A stretch of 64,000 nucleotides of DNA, taken from Chara braunii (taxonomy: Eukaryota; Plantae; Charophyceae). Within the stretch, counting starts at the first letter, position 1; each line of letters starts with the position of its first letter. Below are positions 1 to 11,562 of the stretch, one piece after another. The DNA lies in the NCBI GenBank assembly GCA_003427395.1, contig BFEA01000025.1, positions 4,221,488 through 4,285,487 of the forward strand, given 5' to 3'. Position numbers and translations under genes: made by a program. The notes beneath the pieces are model-generated. The model was not told the DNA's origin. It was given only the letters and a program-made list of their open reading frames with translations, and ran no database searches.

Positions 1-255
1 CAATGGAAGGAGGTCCATTATTTTTCTCTTCCCCCCCAAAAATGGACCCCCCCATTTTTAAGTTTTTTTATTTTTTTTCAATATGGGGGGGTGGGGCCTC
101 GGGTGCACCCCCTGAATCCCGACCCCGACCTCTAGTACCCCCTCCCCCTCGCCCGTGGCGACCGCGGTCGCAGCGGTCATGACCGCGGGCCCGCGGTCGA
201 CCGCATGGGCCCCGGTCATGCCCGCGGTGACCGCAGCCGCGGGGGATACATAGCC
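1..255 (-). mobile_element. Terminus of a DNA-transposon-like element (GGCTATG(T/A)ATCCCC end, GC-rich palindromic subterminal region)
   Basis: The reverse complement of 242-255 is GGCTATGTATCCCC, near-identical to GGCTATGAATCCCC at 48504. Both are followed by CCGCGG-rich subterminal sequence and then A/T tracts. Confidence 0.5.
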
Positions 256-718
256 GCACGATTGTCATCGACGACCCGAATAGGAATGTGTAACTTCTCG
301 CCTTTGTCGCACTCCGAGACCGTCACCTTCCGAGCTGCGTCTCCCCGAGTTCCAATGTCGGTGTATCAGGCAACGGCCAGCAGCACTCCTCTGCAGACGT
401 TGTCGAAATTCAAAATTCAATCTATGATGTTCACGCCTTTTTTCCCCCCCATCCCGAAAGGCCTCCCTGCCGCCGCCACCGGACCAACCCTGAGGACGCG
501 GACATCCCACCGTGACGACGGACATCCAACCCCGTGGCAGCGTATATGCGCATGAAATTGGTCGCGAGAGACCTCCAAGGGTTTTCCTCGGGACCCATTG
601 AATTAGGACGTGGTGTAACGATGACGCCAAAAACCGGAAAATTTTCCAAGGACCTCATCCTAATTTCTGAGGATTTTCCAAGGAGGGTCTAACGAGGCCC
701 TAATTCAAATTGAGGTGT

Positions 719-1400
719 TTATCCTTCGAGGTTCTCGGTCAGAACTGCTTGCCATCTCGACACCACCACTGAAGTTAATGATCTGGTGCTTCTTCTTGAA
801 AGTTCGTATCCCAGCATGACGTTGTAGTCTTCCATGGAGTAGGAGCTGCTCTCATTGTCTGGTCCCAACTTCCCCTTCCAGTTCCATGCCGACGGGTTGA
901 TCCGCAAGTGTCTGAGTGGTGTTCCACCTAACCAGGTGAGTGTTTTTGTGGACTTCCTTGCCTCCTTTAGTTCTTCCACCCTGATCTGAGGGGGGCTGGA
1001 CCATTGTATAATTATCTCCTGCCCTATCTGATCCAGTCTGTGGTCGAGCCCTGAGCATCTCCACCTCTCTACTCTTTTGAAGCCGTTTGGCAGACTTGTC
1101 ACCATTTTCCAAACCACTTATGGATTTGGTTTTTCCGTTGCCACATACCAAGTGTCTGGGGGGCCCCAACCCCTCCGGTCCTATGATGGCTTGTGATAAG
1201 CCAAGATCCGTGCTCAGCGGCTTCCCGTACCCTACGAAGTACGGGTTCTGGTTGATCGAGAAAGGCGGGGTCTGTTTTTTTTTTTCTTTTTCTTTTTCTT
1301 GGAAAAGAATGGGGGGGAGCTGAACGAAACTTATATTTTTCAGAACTGCCCCTGATGACTTTTTCGCGCGGACGACGAGCAACCGCGCTGAGAAGTCCAA
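719..1400 (-). pseudogene. Decayed ORF fragments of unknown function, probably TE accessory sequence
   Basis: Overlapping protein-like ORFs (719-1117, 852-1400) broken by a poly-T tract; no recognisable domain. Confidence 0.25.
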
Positions 1401-2079
1401 GAAATGGTTAGGAATTAGTGCGGGCGAAATTTTTGACTTCTTGCATAATAACGTGCGCGGGACCGTTTTTCAAATTTTTACATGCCGCGTAAAACCGTTC
1501 CTTCACTTTGCATCTCCGCGCCATCTTCCCTTCTTGCTGCGCGCTCCTTTCTTGCATGCCCCTTCATCTTCCCATGATTGATTGGTTGTGTAATTGGGAT
1601 GGTCAGATCAATGTGGGGAAGTGGGAAGCTTGCACCACTTGAACGAACACCCCAATCACACAGAACGTTCAACTCACCCCCTTCGATCTTTCGGGAACCT
1701 TGGTCCTTCTTCTGTCATGCTCATCTACACCCCGCGCTACCCGCACCTCACGCTGACACCCCGCCGCCTTCTGCGCTATAAATTCTCACAGTCCTTTCCT
1801 CGCGCTCTCTTTGATCTCGACTGCAATGCTTCGCGAGCTATGCGCGAGGTCCTTGACGTCGAACAAGCTTGACGAACCCAAGTGACGGGCAGAGTGACGA
1901 CGTTGGACGGGCTTAGCGATACACTTAGGGTAAGACAGTCAGAGTGGCAGAGCGGTGGTGGAGATCGGACATCAACAGCAACAGGGCCTTGAGACTATGG
2001 TTGTCGGTGGTTCTGACGGATTGGGGGCTGGACCCAGGGTGGCCAGCCGTGTGAGAAATTTAACATACTGGGAACTCAC

Positions 2080-2489
2080 TTTTATCTCCATTGCTGCTTT
2101 GTCCAACTGTGATGTGTGCAAGGTCCCGACATATGGGTATTCTTTTGTATGCATGCTATGGTACGAGAGTCTATGAATGTTGAATGTCTCACGGACCAAG
2201 ATAGTTGAACGAGTAGATGTGTGGGCGCTTACAAGCGCGTTTCTGGGGAGTGTTGGGCGTCAACCGTCTACATGGATGCATTTATAGTTGACACCCAGCA
2301 AACGGTTCACACCCTACACTCCCCAGAAACACGCTTGTAAGCGCCCACACATTTATTCGTTCATCCATCTTGGTCCGTGAAACATTCAACATTCATAGAC
2401 TCTCGTACCACAACATGCATACAACAAAATACCCATACGTCAAGACCTTGCACACATCACACTTGGACAAAGCAACAATGGAGATAAAA
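2080..2489 (-). ncRNA. Long fold-back hairpin, candidate miRNA/siRNA precursor
   Basis: Arms 2080-2267 and 2302-2489, 188 bp each, no indels, 18 mismatches by manual alignment. Eleven are G:U pairs on the minus-strand RNA and two on the plus-strand RNA. Confidence 0.65.
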
Positions 2490-2529
2490 ACGAAATTCAT
2501 ATAAAGCTAAGTACAAAATCTGAAATGAC

Positions 2530-2762
2530 TCTGACTTCCCAAAGTCAAATTTTGTCCAACTTCCTGAGTTAGTAAACATTTGGGCAGCACTTCCTCTAGA
2601 AAAGAAGGTTTTTCATATTTCTACTAAGCCATATATAAACTTTAGATAAAAAATTGAACTTTGAAAGCCAAATTTGCCTAACTCCTTGGTTTTGTAAAAA
2701 TTTCGGCAGCGCTTCCCGTAAGAGAAGTACCTTTTCAAGATTTGTACAAAGCCAAATATAAC
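2530..2762. repeat. Degenerate ~120-bp direct repeat (2 copies)
   Basis: AAAGTCAAATTTTG...GGCAGCACTTCC...AAGCCATATATAA recurs as AAAGCCAAATTTG...GGCAGCGCTTCC...AAGCCAAATATAA. Confidence 0.55.
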
Positions 2763-3045
2763 AAATAATCCCAGAAAATGCGAGAATCGACCTCAGTATA
2801 AAAAAAAACTTAGCTCAGAAAATGCAGAAATTGAACTAACTCCTATAGCTCTAGCACGTGGCGAGCAACTAAAACAATTACACGTCAAACTGAAACTCAG
2901 ACTAAGTAATGATCTCACTCAGCTACATGCAAGTCCAAATCATAATGCTAAGTACTCTCACCAATCCCAAAGTTAATTTATTTAGAATAATTCATAAAAT
3001 TTCCATATGATTTATCCCCTTATACCCAGCTTACATATGACATGA

Positions 3046-3800
3046 TGCTAGACCATTCTACTTAGAAACAATGCCTAGTATGCCTTTTCTATACACGAAC
3101 AGATTACACAACTACTTTTCTCTTCTTTGAGCGTATGAGTATACCATTCAACTTAGAAACAATGTCTAGTCGCCCTGAACTGTTTAATATCCAAAGTTCA
3201 ATATTTTGTGACTTGTTCTCAAACGAAAGGAAAATATGGGTAGGGGACTGAGCCATTTTGCTTAGAAACAATGCTCAACTTGTCCAAATTACATTCAATT
3301 ATACTTTGTATTTTGCCTTCTCTTCTTAGTGATATGGCTTAATACTGGACCATTCTACTAAGAAACAATGTCTTACTGTCATTTCACATTCAAATGTAGA
3401 TAAGGTACTTCCTGTTATACTCAGTTTAGACTTATGTATGTGGCTTCAGGCTAAACTATTCTGCTTAGAAACAATGCATAACCTTTCACCAAAATCCTCC
3501 CCCAGAAATAAAACAAAGAACTGAACCATTCTGCTTAGAAACAATGTTCAGTTCATCTCAAATCACTCAAAGCATGAAGTTGGATCTTTCAACCCAACCT
3601 CAATCAGAAACCCCAAGAGAAACAATCAAACCAAGTCATTCTACTTAGAAACAATGTTTGGTTTCAAAGATCAGTCAGGCAAACCCTCAAAAATAAACAC
3701 AGCAACCAGATCATTGTGCTTAGAAACAATGTCTGGTCCATCAGAAAACAACCAAATGAACGTAGCCTTGGGTCATTCTACTGAGAAACAATGCTCAGTC
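3046..3800. repeat. Interspaced array of nine 20-nt motifs (CATTCTRCTTAGAAACAATG), each in a copy-specific stem-loop
   Basis: Cores start at 3054, 3145, 3254, 3351, 3457, 3527, 3637, 3712 and 3774. Unique spacers of 42-90 nt. Flanks differ between copies but are complementary within a copy. Confidence 0.9.
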
Positions 3801-6800
3801 TTTGGTTGACCCAGTCAAACGCATGCAAACTGTCTTCCTCCCACCTTCCCCCAGTTCATCCCTTAGTATGCTTTCACTCAAAATAAAAAGAAACTTAAGT
3901 TTCACACACACATGCATATAACAGTCAAACTAGAGAGAGATAGTCAAACAGAGATGTAGTGGGTTCATATACACAGAAGGAGGTATACCTGATAGTTCCC
4001 TGTCTCCAGAACCTCACCTAGGTTCCGGCAGAGCTCCTGCAATCGGTGGGCAGACTCGCCACTGAGTCTTGATGCGGTCCTGCGGGTTGCAATCCTGCCT
4101 GCCGCCCTCCTCTCTGGACCAGTAGACTAGACTTGGAGTAAGAAGGACAGAAGGAGAAGCATTAAGTCTCCCAGATCCAAGAAAGGTGCACTCAGACTCA
4201 CGTGAGAGGGTCTTGGTTCCTTGACTCGCCTGAGGGCCCCGCAATGATGGTCAAAATGCTCAACACACTTTGTCAATTGTTGTCACTCGTAACCCAAAGT
4301 AGGTTGACCACAACTTCAACTCATGGGTTATGGGTTAAAACATAGTCTTCCCTCTCCCCACAGTGAAGCAAGTGTGACCCAGCCGCCTATGCATGCAAAG
4401 GTTGGTGGGATGACCTGCAAACCAGCTAACAATTAAATCAGCAGCCCCTGCGGCTGGTGTGTAGCAACTCCGTTCAACAAGTCGAGTACCACATCGGTCA
4501 CCAGACCATTCTCTACCCCTACGGCTGCCTCGTTACTTCCCGGCTCCAATGTGGTACGTAACGTATGATCAGTAGACTAGTCTCCAAGTCTCTTTTCTCG
4601 CTTCTCCGTACTGCAGGATGAGCAATGGCGGAATGAATCTTCTATTATAACGTGGAAAAATGCAGCCACCAAATAAGCACCCAACCTGCGGTCGGAATCA
4701 TGCTACCTCCAACGCCCGAATGAGCAGCGTTGGGCGGAACCTTTTGCTCTTTTTTGTTTCTGATAGCCATCCGTCAACCGGTAAGTCTCCTACCTTCCTC
4801 TCGATCTTCGCCCCTTCCTTTCATGTCTGCACCCGCCCATTGCCTAGCTCGTGCCTGTTACCTCCCTGGGGATAGTCTAGTCATTGTATTAGCCCCTGGC
4901 TTTCCGTAATGAGCCTAGCCACTAAACGGGCCAGGTTCGGATGAAGTTAGAAGAGCATAATCGCAGGGAGGTAGATCAGTAGCAATTCAAGCAGCAGGCT
5001 ACCACAACACACTACCACAACCAATGTTGGGCTTCAATCAGTACCATGACGACCTTCTCGAGGACGACCGTTACGACGATCACGGACCCACATAACAATA
5101 CCACGATGGGGGACGGTAATCAGCACCACGACCATGGGGCGCAATAGTAGTCTCACCTCTGCGCATTGTTTGACAAGCGAGTCTCCAATCCCCACGACTC
5201 GCCTCACACAACTTTCATCGATAAGATGTGCAAAATCAAATGAATCTGTCCCTGAAGTGCGGGCAGGTTCACTCCATATTTATGTAACAACAAACTACTT
5301 CGCCCGGGCGCAACCCTCATTCCTTGCTCTGTCGAATCCACCACTTCAACCCTAATTCCGCCTCCACCCGAATGCTTGCCCTATCCTGAAACCCCAAACT
5401 CAACTCCTCGCTTAATCGTTTTTGTCGAGAACCGAGCTAACCACGCCACTTCCCCGATTCATTCTTCCATAGCTCCGTGCACCATCCTTCTACTTCAGCT
5501 CTTTTCTACTAACTATCACCTCATTCTAACCGTAGATTCGGGTTCGCCCGTCCTTAAAACCCTCGATTTGCATCTCCATTCGCCCGATTCCATGGAGAAT
5601 CGAGTGAGCTAGCTTTTTTTCTCTTTTTGCCATAGTTTCGATTCCGCCATCTCTCCGCGCACTAATTTCTCTAAATCTCATTCTACTAAACTCCCCGCCA
5701 ATCTGACCTTACCAATGGATTCACGATGTCAGGAAACCTCCGTCTAGCATCTCCATTCCCCAATTCTATAGAGAATCGAGCAAGTTACCCATTTTCCCCC
5801 TCTCTGCCATAGCCAACCTCCCTCTATCGCACCGTCCTCCCATCCTGCGCATGCACCCCCACGATCTTCACGTCCGGATTCGATTTTTTTCTTCCTTCTT
5901 TTTGCCTGTTGCCTCGGCTCTCCGCTACCAGCTCCGTCCCCGTCGACCTCGTTTTCCTCATCACTGGTCAGCCAATGCCTTAGCGCAGCGGCCTTCGCAG
6001 CTGCTCTGACTAGGTCGATGTTACTTCGGGAAAGACCAGCTACAGGACGGTTCGATTAGTCTTCCGGACCTATAGCCAAAGGCTGACGACCGACCTGCTC
6101 GGCTGCCATCGCCCCAGCCTCCGCCACATTCTCTTCCGGCCTCGCCTTGCCCGAGGGAAGTCTGCCACCTCCTCGAGCCCCCAACAGGCAAGCTCCCACA
6201 TGACCCACACATACTTTCCAGTCGCGGAGCCGAGGGCATGACTTGCAAAGCTCAACCGTGGGCCTGGGCAGACCGGACCTGGTGCAGATCTCTGTGGTAG
6301 TAGCAAGTATTCAAATAAGAACTTTGAAGGCCGAAGTGAGAAGGGGTCCCACGGGTACAGCCCTGCTGCACAACCAACACCACGCCAGACTCCCAGGCGC
6401 CCCAAAAATCCCGCCCAGGTGTAATTCACCATCTTCCGGGCCCCGACGGGCATGCTCACACTCAAAATTCTTCCAGTAGACGTGAATGGTGGACGGCGCA
6501 CCCACCGACACACATGCACATTGAACTTCCCGGTCCGAATCTCACGACCAGCAGGACAAGGGAGTTTCGCCAACATCTTGAACACACGGAATCCGGACGT
6601 CCTAAAGTCAGCCCCGCGTCCGATCAAAACAAAATAATAATAACAATAACAATAATAAGGATAAAATAATAACCAACAAAATTTGAAAGGCAGAATTGCA
6701 TGGCGGGGAGAAAAACGAAAATGTTGATACCGCTTGGGTCCCACCGAGCGACCCCACGGTCTTCAAAACCATGGGGATAGCGTCGCCGGACCCTCAACCC

Positions 6801-7266
6801 CGCGGTTCCTTCGCGCCACTCCCACGTTCTTGCGCCGTACTTGGCGATCTCGATCCCTGAATCCCTCTAATGAAAGTCCATTACCGCAACCAATATTGCT
6901 AGCCCCAAGATTGAGCCTATCACTAGTGGATACCTGTATAAGTTGGTATCACACGACGCTCGGATCTACCAAACCGTTTCAAAGTCACATTGTTGTCGAT
7001 GTCGTCCTCCGTACGCACTCACATGTCGCAATCAAGCGCACCAACAAAATATTTTTAATCCTAGTTTAAATCAAAACAAAAATAATTTAGCCAGTTAGTA
7101 TGCTGGCTTCACCTTCATCAATCAAGAGAAAAAAATCACGGGCGCCTTAAGTCTGTGCGCCCACACACTTTCTACTCTTGTCAACTATTCAATCGGCCTA
7201 AACAATCGGACACAACCGCGACTCGCGCGGTGCACTAAAACTTCAAACTGGACTTATTTTCTGTCA

Positions 7267-9640
7267 TTTGCAAAAACCAAGGCGGATACCCTTGTAAGGG
7301 TATTCACACCAACATCGTGATCCTTGAGCTGGTGCCCACACTTGTGGTCCTCCCCACCAGTTTCCAACATCCCGCAGTTTTTCCTCGCACAACTTTGACT
7401 CTTGAATTAGGAGGCATTTTACCTTCCGCTCATGAAGCCACAATTTTACTCTTCTCCGTTTGAACGTTCCTCTTGTGTCTCCTCGTCCTCTCAAGTTCCA
7501 TGTTGCCATTTTTAGCTTATCCACCTGTGTGTGTGATGACCGCCTATTGTTGGATGTGGGTGCGATCGTTCTGCCCTACATGGTGTAGGTCTGGGACATC
7601 TACTCTTCTTGGAGTTAGATCCCTTGACATAGAGTTGGACCTAAGACTACCTCTTGAGGAGCTTGCTTGTGACTGTTCGTTCTAGTCTTTGGTAAGGCTT
7701 GTTAGCATGAATTTTGATTGAAGACCTTCTTCCACTTGAAGTAATTCACTAATATTTAGTAGGATCAGAGCGCTGATTTCCCAGAAAACGTTGATGTGTT
7801 CTAACTCGTGCGCATTCCACTCTCTCACCACGTCCATGTGGAACCAGCGAATGCCAGCTTGTGTCAGTTGATTTGCATGTTCCGGCGGGACTAGAACATC
7901 CAGAAGCAAAAAGTAGAACTTGTGGAAACCCTGTGATATTTCACATATGATGTTAATCATTGATGATTTGGGGATAGTCCTCATTGGCACGTGTTGTCCA
8001 TAGAGTTCCTTTGTTTTCTGAATTATTAGTGTCAATGTAGGTGACTTATCTACCTCCACAAATGGTAGGTATGGACTCCCCTCCTCGTTGGACATTGCTA
8101 GGAAATAGATCCTTTCCCTTGCACATGTGCAGAGGAGCGAGATTATTTTCCTCCTAATTGATTCTACGTGGTCTCTATGCAGAGCGCCCGCTCTTCGATT
8201 TCAATCCATACCTGGTCGTGATACCTCTCTTTTGTCCTCTTCTCTCTGATTCTTTGACAGCACCGATCTTCCCATTGACGAGGTGGAACTCTGTCTTCCC
8301 AGTTGTCCACTGCCAAAGTCTATGTCTGGTACCTTGCTACCCATCCTAACATCGGACTGGGATGAGATGGAGGTTCTTGAAAGGTCCCGTTGGAGGGCCT
8401 CTATTGGGTCTCGTCTTCGCAACGTCTGACTTTGCAAGTTTTCGCCTCTTTTGCATGCACTAACTCTTGTGATGATGAGAGTTCCCCTCTCCCTATCCTA
8501 GCAGAGCTCCCTTCTAGCCTCTTCTTCCGTCCACTCTTGCCAGTTACTTCCCCCCCGCCTTTTGTCAAGTGTGTCTTGTTGAAGAGCTCATTTGTTCCTC
8601 AACCTGCCCTGTTCTTGCTCGCTGCGAGGAATTAAAGCACCCGATTCCGGTGGACCTCGATCCGGTTGGCGTGTGAAGACTCTCCGGTCGTAGGAGTTTG
8701 TTGGGTGCGGTGGCTCAGGATGATGTGGTTGTTGGTGTGGTACCAGTTCCCTTTCCATATGACCTGCTGCCATGTGGCCTCCCTGCCAGTTATATCTTTC
8801 AGCATGCCACAGTTGTTCGTATTGGCCGGGCGGTTGTCCACCACGCTGGTGACGCGATGCTTCGCATTCCTGGTACTCGTGCATTCTTTGTGCCTTAACC
8901 CGCCAGTCACAGTCTCTGCTCCTTTCCCGTTGTGTTGAGGTCTCCGCTGACGCTGGTCCGTCGTGCCATCTCTGATCCGTCCATCGAGGTAATCTGCCTG
9001 GAGGGTCGCACTATTGATCCCTGCTCTGTCTTTCTGGCTTGTAGAAAGCAGGCTCCTGATTGCATGCTTCACCGATTGATTGACCACGGGCTGCTGGACT
9101 TGGAGGAGCTGCCTCTGGCATGTATTGCCCCTGTATGTGATGAGAGTGGCGACTCTGTTGGCTGTGGACTTCTTGTCTGGATTCGCCAAGTCTTGAGCCT
9201 TGTTCCTCGTCGCCTCCCTCTCTTCTCCCGTTTTCTCTGCAGTGTGATAATACCACTTGCATCCGGTGCACCAGTCCGTGAACTCGGAGACTATTTCCAC
9301 TCTTCACCTCTCCCCACCAGGCGATTCTATTACTAAATTGTCCTCTACCTTGAAACGTGCATTCGGATGCATATCAAGATTGGCGTTCGTTAGCTTTGGT
9401 CCGAACCTATCATTTTCTGGAGGGTGCATGTCGAGCACCTCTCCAAACATGCCCGTGACCGCCGCTTTTAGATAGTAACATGCATCGAGTTGGACTCACA
9501 TAGCAACTATCCATAATTTAGTCTCAGGTTCTTGCAACCTCAAGTCTCTTAGTTCCATTCTCGACATCCATGGCTTAAATGTCGTTATATACTCCTTGTG
9601 CGCCAGCTTCAGCTTCGCCTCCTTCATTTTCTTCCGTTAT
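7267..9640 (-). mobile_element. LINE (L1/Tx1-like) 5' part: decayed ORF1 plus start of ORF2 AP-endonuclease
   Basis: 7264-7524 encodes MATWNLRG...CLLIQESKL (APE motifs). The ORF1 remnant carries a degenerate zinc knuckle WCTGCKWYYHT near 9250. Many stops and frameshifts. Truncated at 7267 by the TG...CA element. Confidence 0.85.
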
Positions 9641-10336
9641 AACATCGAAAGATACATAGTCATGATTCTTCTTTTTGTCTCCGAGTAGGGGAGTAAATAT
9701 GATATTCTAGCGGAACATGAAAATGAATCTTTCACTAGAACATCGAAAGATACACAGTCATGAAAACGAATTTTTCGCTAGACATAAATGAAGATCTAAA
9801 TCTGATAAATGATCGAGCCCGTTAGAATTCTTATTCAAATTTTACCAAGTTCTTTATAATCAACAATATCATGATGAAGCAGACAGATATATAACACCCT
9901 ACCGCCAAAAATAAGAACTGAGACTCATCTATTTTTACTCTGACCCATGGCGTCGTCTCCTCATCCTGCTCTATATTTCATATCCGCACTTTTGAATATC
10001 ATTTCGATGTTACTTAACAACTTGCGTGACTGGAAGTTTTTGAAAAAGGAGACATAAATTTTATACGACGGTCTTGAATTTAAATTATTTGTTTTTTGTA
10101 TACCTTGCTAACAATTACATCGAAGATGTAACCTCGAAACCCATATTGCAATAGTATAAAGTTGTGATACGGTTTGTGCTGGAGTATCGGTCTATGTGGT
10201 TGACACTATATTCGTAAACCTTAATTATCCATTTGGTGAGTTGATTGTAATAAATGACGAAAAATGTTCAAGTGATGCTTATACTCTATTCCTTGTTGTC
10301 GCCTAGAGCTTTAATGTTTTATGTATCTGTTTTTCG

Positions 10337-10420
10337 ATGCAACCTCCTAAGTGTTAGGTAGGTTACACAAAATTACGATGAAGGATATGATTCAATAAAA
10401 CAACACTTAGGAGGTTGCAT
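10337..10420. repeat. Perfect 19-bp inverted repeat with 46-nt spacer
   Basis: ATGCAACCTCCTAAGTGTT (10337-10355) and AACACTTAGGAGGTTGCAT (10402-10420). Confidence 0.85.
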
Positions 10421-11420
10421 TTTCACGTTTCATTATTATTGTTATTTTAGAGCGTAAAAAAAAATAACATAGAGTTCATCATTGCTATGCTCTCATTAAG
10501 TCATTACAATATAACCAAATACTTTTCGTATCCTCGTACAAGACACGTCATATTTCGACCACCAATTTAAATCGAGTGTTCCTACCCTAATAAACACTTA
10601 TCATATAGTGCAGATAAATACCTAGATAAGATATAAAACGAGTAATATGTGTTATCCGCCCATTACGATAAGAATGACACGTCCTCAATAATTTTACTAT
10701 AGCCGACAACTATTATTTTTTTCTTTGTTGCCCCTATGATCAAATACTCGTCTTAGAATACAAATACTCATATATATGTAGCAGACATACATCATTTCAC
10801 ATTGATTGGCAAACACATCGTCAAATAAACTATTTGTAACAAATACACACTTTTCTTTACGCAGAGAATCAAGGAACGACATTTTGATAACTTACTAACT
10901 TCCTACTGTCGGATAGTATATCAAACTTCCTCTTCATCACTCTAATGTTCGATATATCCTCGTGTGCTCCATGATTTATTTATGAATGATATTTTGTTCG
11001 TATGACAAAATGATTATTTGTTTTATTTTATATTTAAAAAATCCTTTAATTATATTTTAGCTTATACTCTCTCCATATTTCTGTAATTGAAACTTGTCTC
11101 CACATTTGTTGTACCAACATTGTGTATACCTCGAAAAATTATGCTTAATTTTTTTATGCTTGTTATGACAATACTTGTATAAGTGATGAAATTATTTGCA
11201 TACGTTATTACACTATATTTTCGCACATATAATTTTCAATGATTACGCGATAGTTATATATCAAAATATAAATCTTCGTTTTTGGTTTTTCTTCTTACTC
11301 TCCACTTAAGACATACAGTACGATCTCCCTTTCATTACATCCGTACCTCTTCTGTATGAAGGTATAAGATTATACTTGAGCTCATATCATAATGTACGTA
11401 TTAAATCCTACTTTTGAGTG

Positions 11421-11562
11421 ATTGACTTAGTGTTTTATCAAACACGTTATTTTATACATAAGTGAAACAAACTTCCTTTCGACATGTTACAGCAGATTGA
11501 CCAAGTGTTTTATCAAACACGTTACTTTATAAATAAATGAAGCATACTTCCTTTCGGCATGT
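11421..11562. repeat. 75-bp tandem duplication
   Basis: ATTGAC..AGTGTTTTATCAAACACGTTA...ACTTCCTTTCG.CATGTT at 11421 and 11496. Confidence 0.8.

Larger units (their letters stand above)
1870..7266. mobile_element. 5.4-kb LTR-like (TG...CA) element, long LTR or non-autonomous derivative
   Basis: Starts TGACGAACCC (1870) and ends TTCTGTCA (7266), exactly where the LINE endonuclease ORF is cut. The left end resembles TGAGCGAATCCC at 42818. No matching TSD (AAGCT vs TTTGC) and no canonical PBS or PPT seen. Confidence 0.5.

Noticed and set aside
3054-3793. Bona fide prokaryotic CRISPR array
   Set aside because: The repeat is only 20 nt, spacers vary from 42 to 90 nt, stems extend into variable flanks, the context is eukaryotic and no cas genes are present. 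Kept as a novel array instead.
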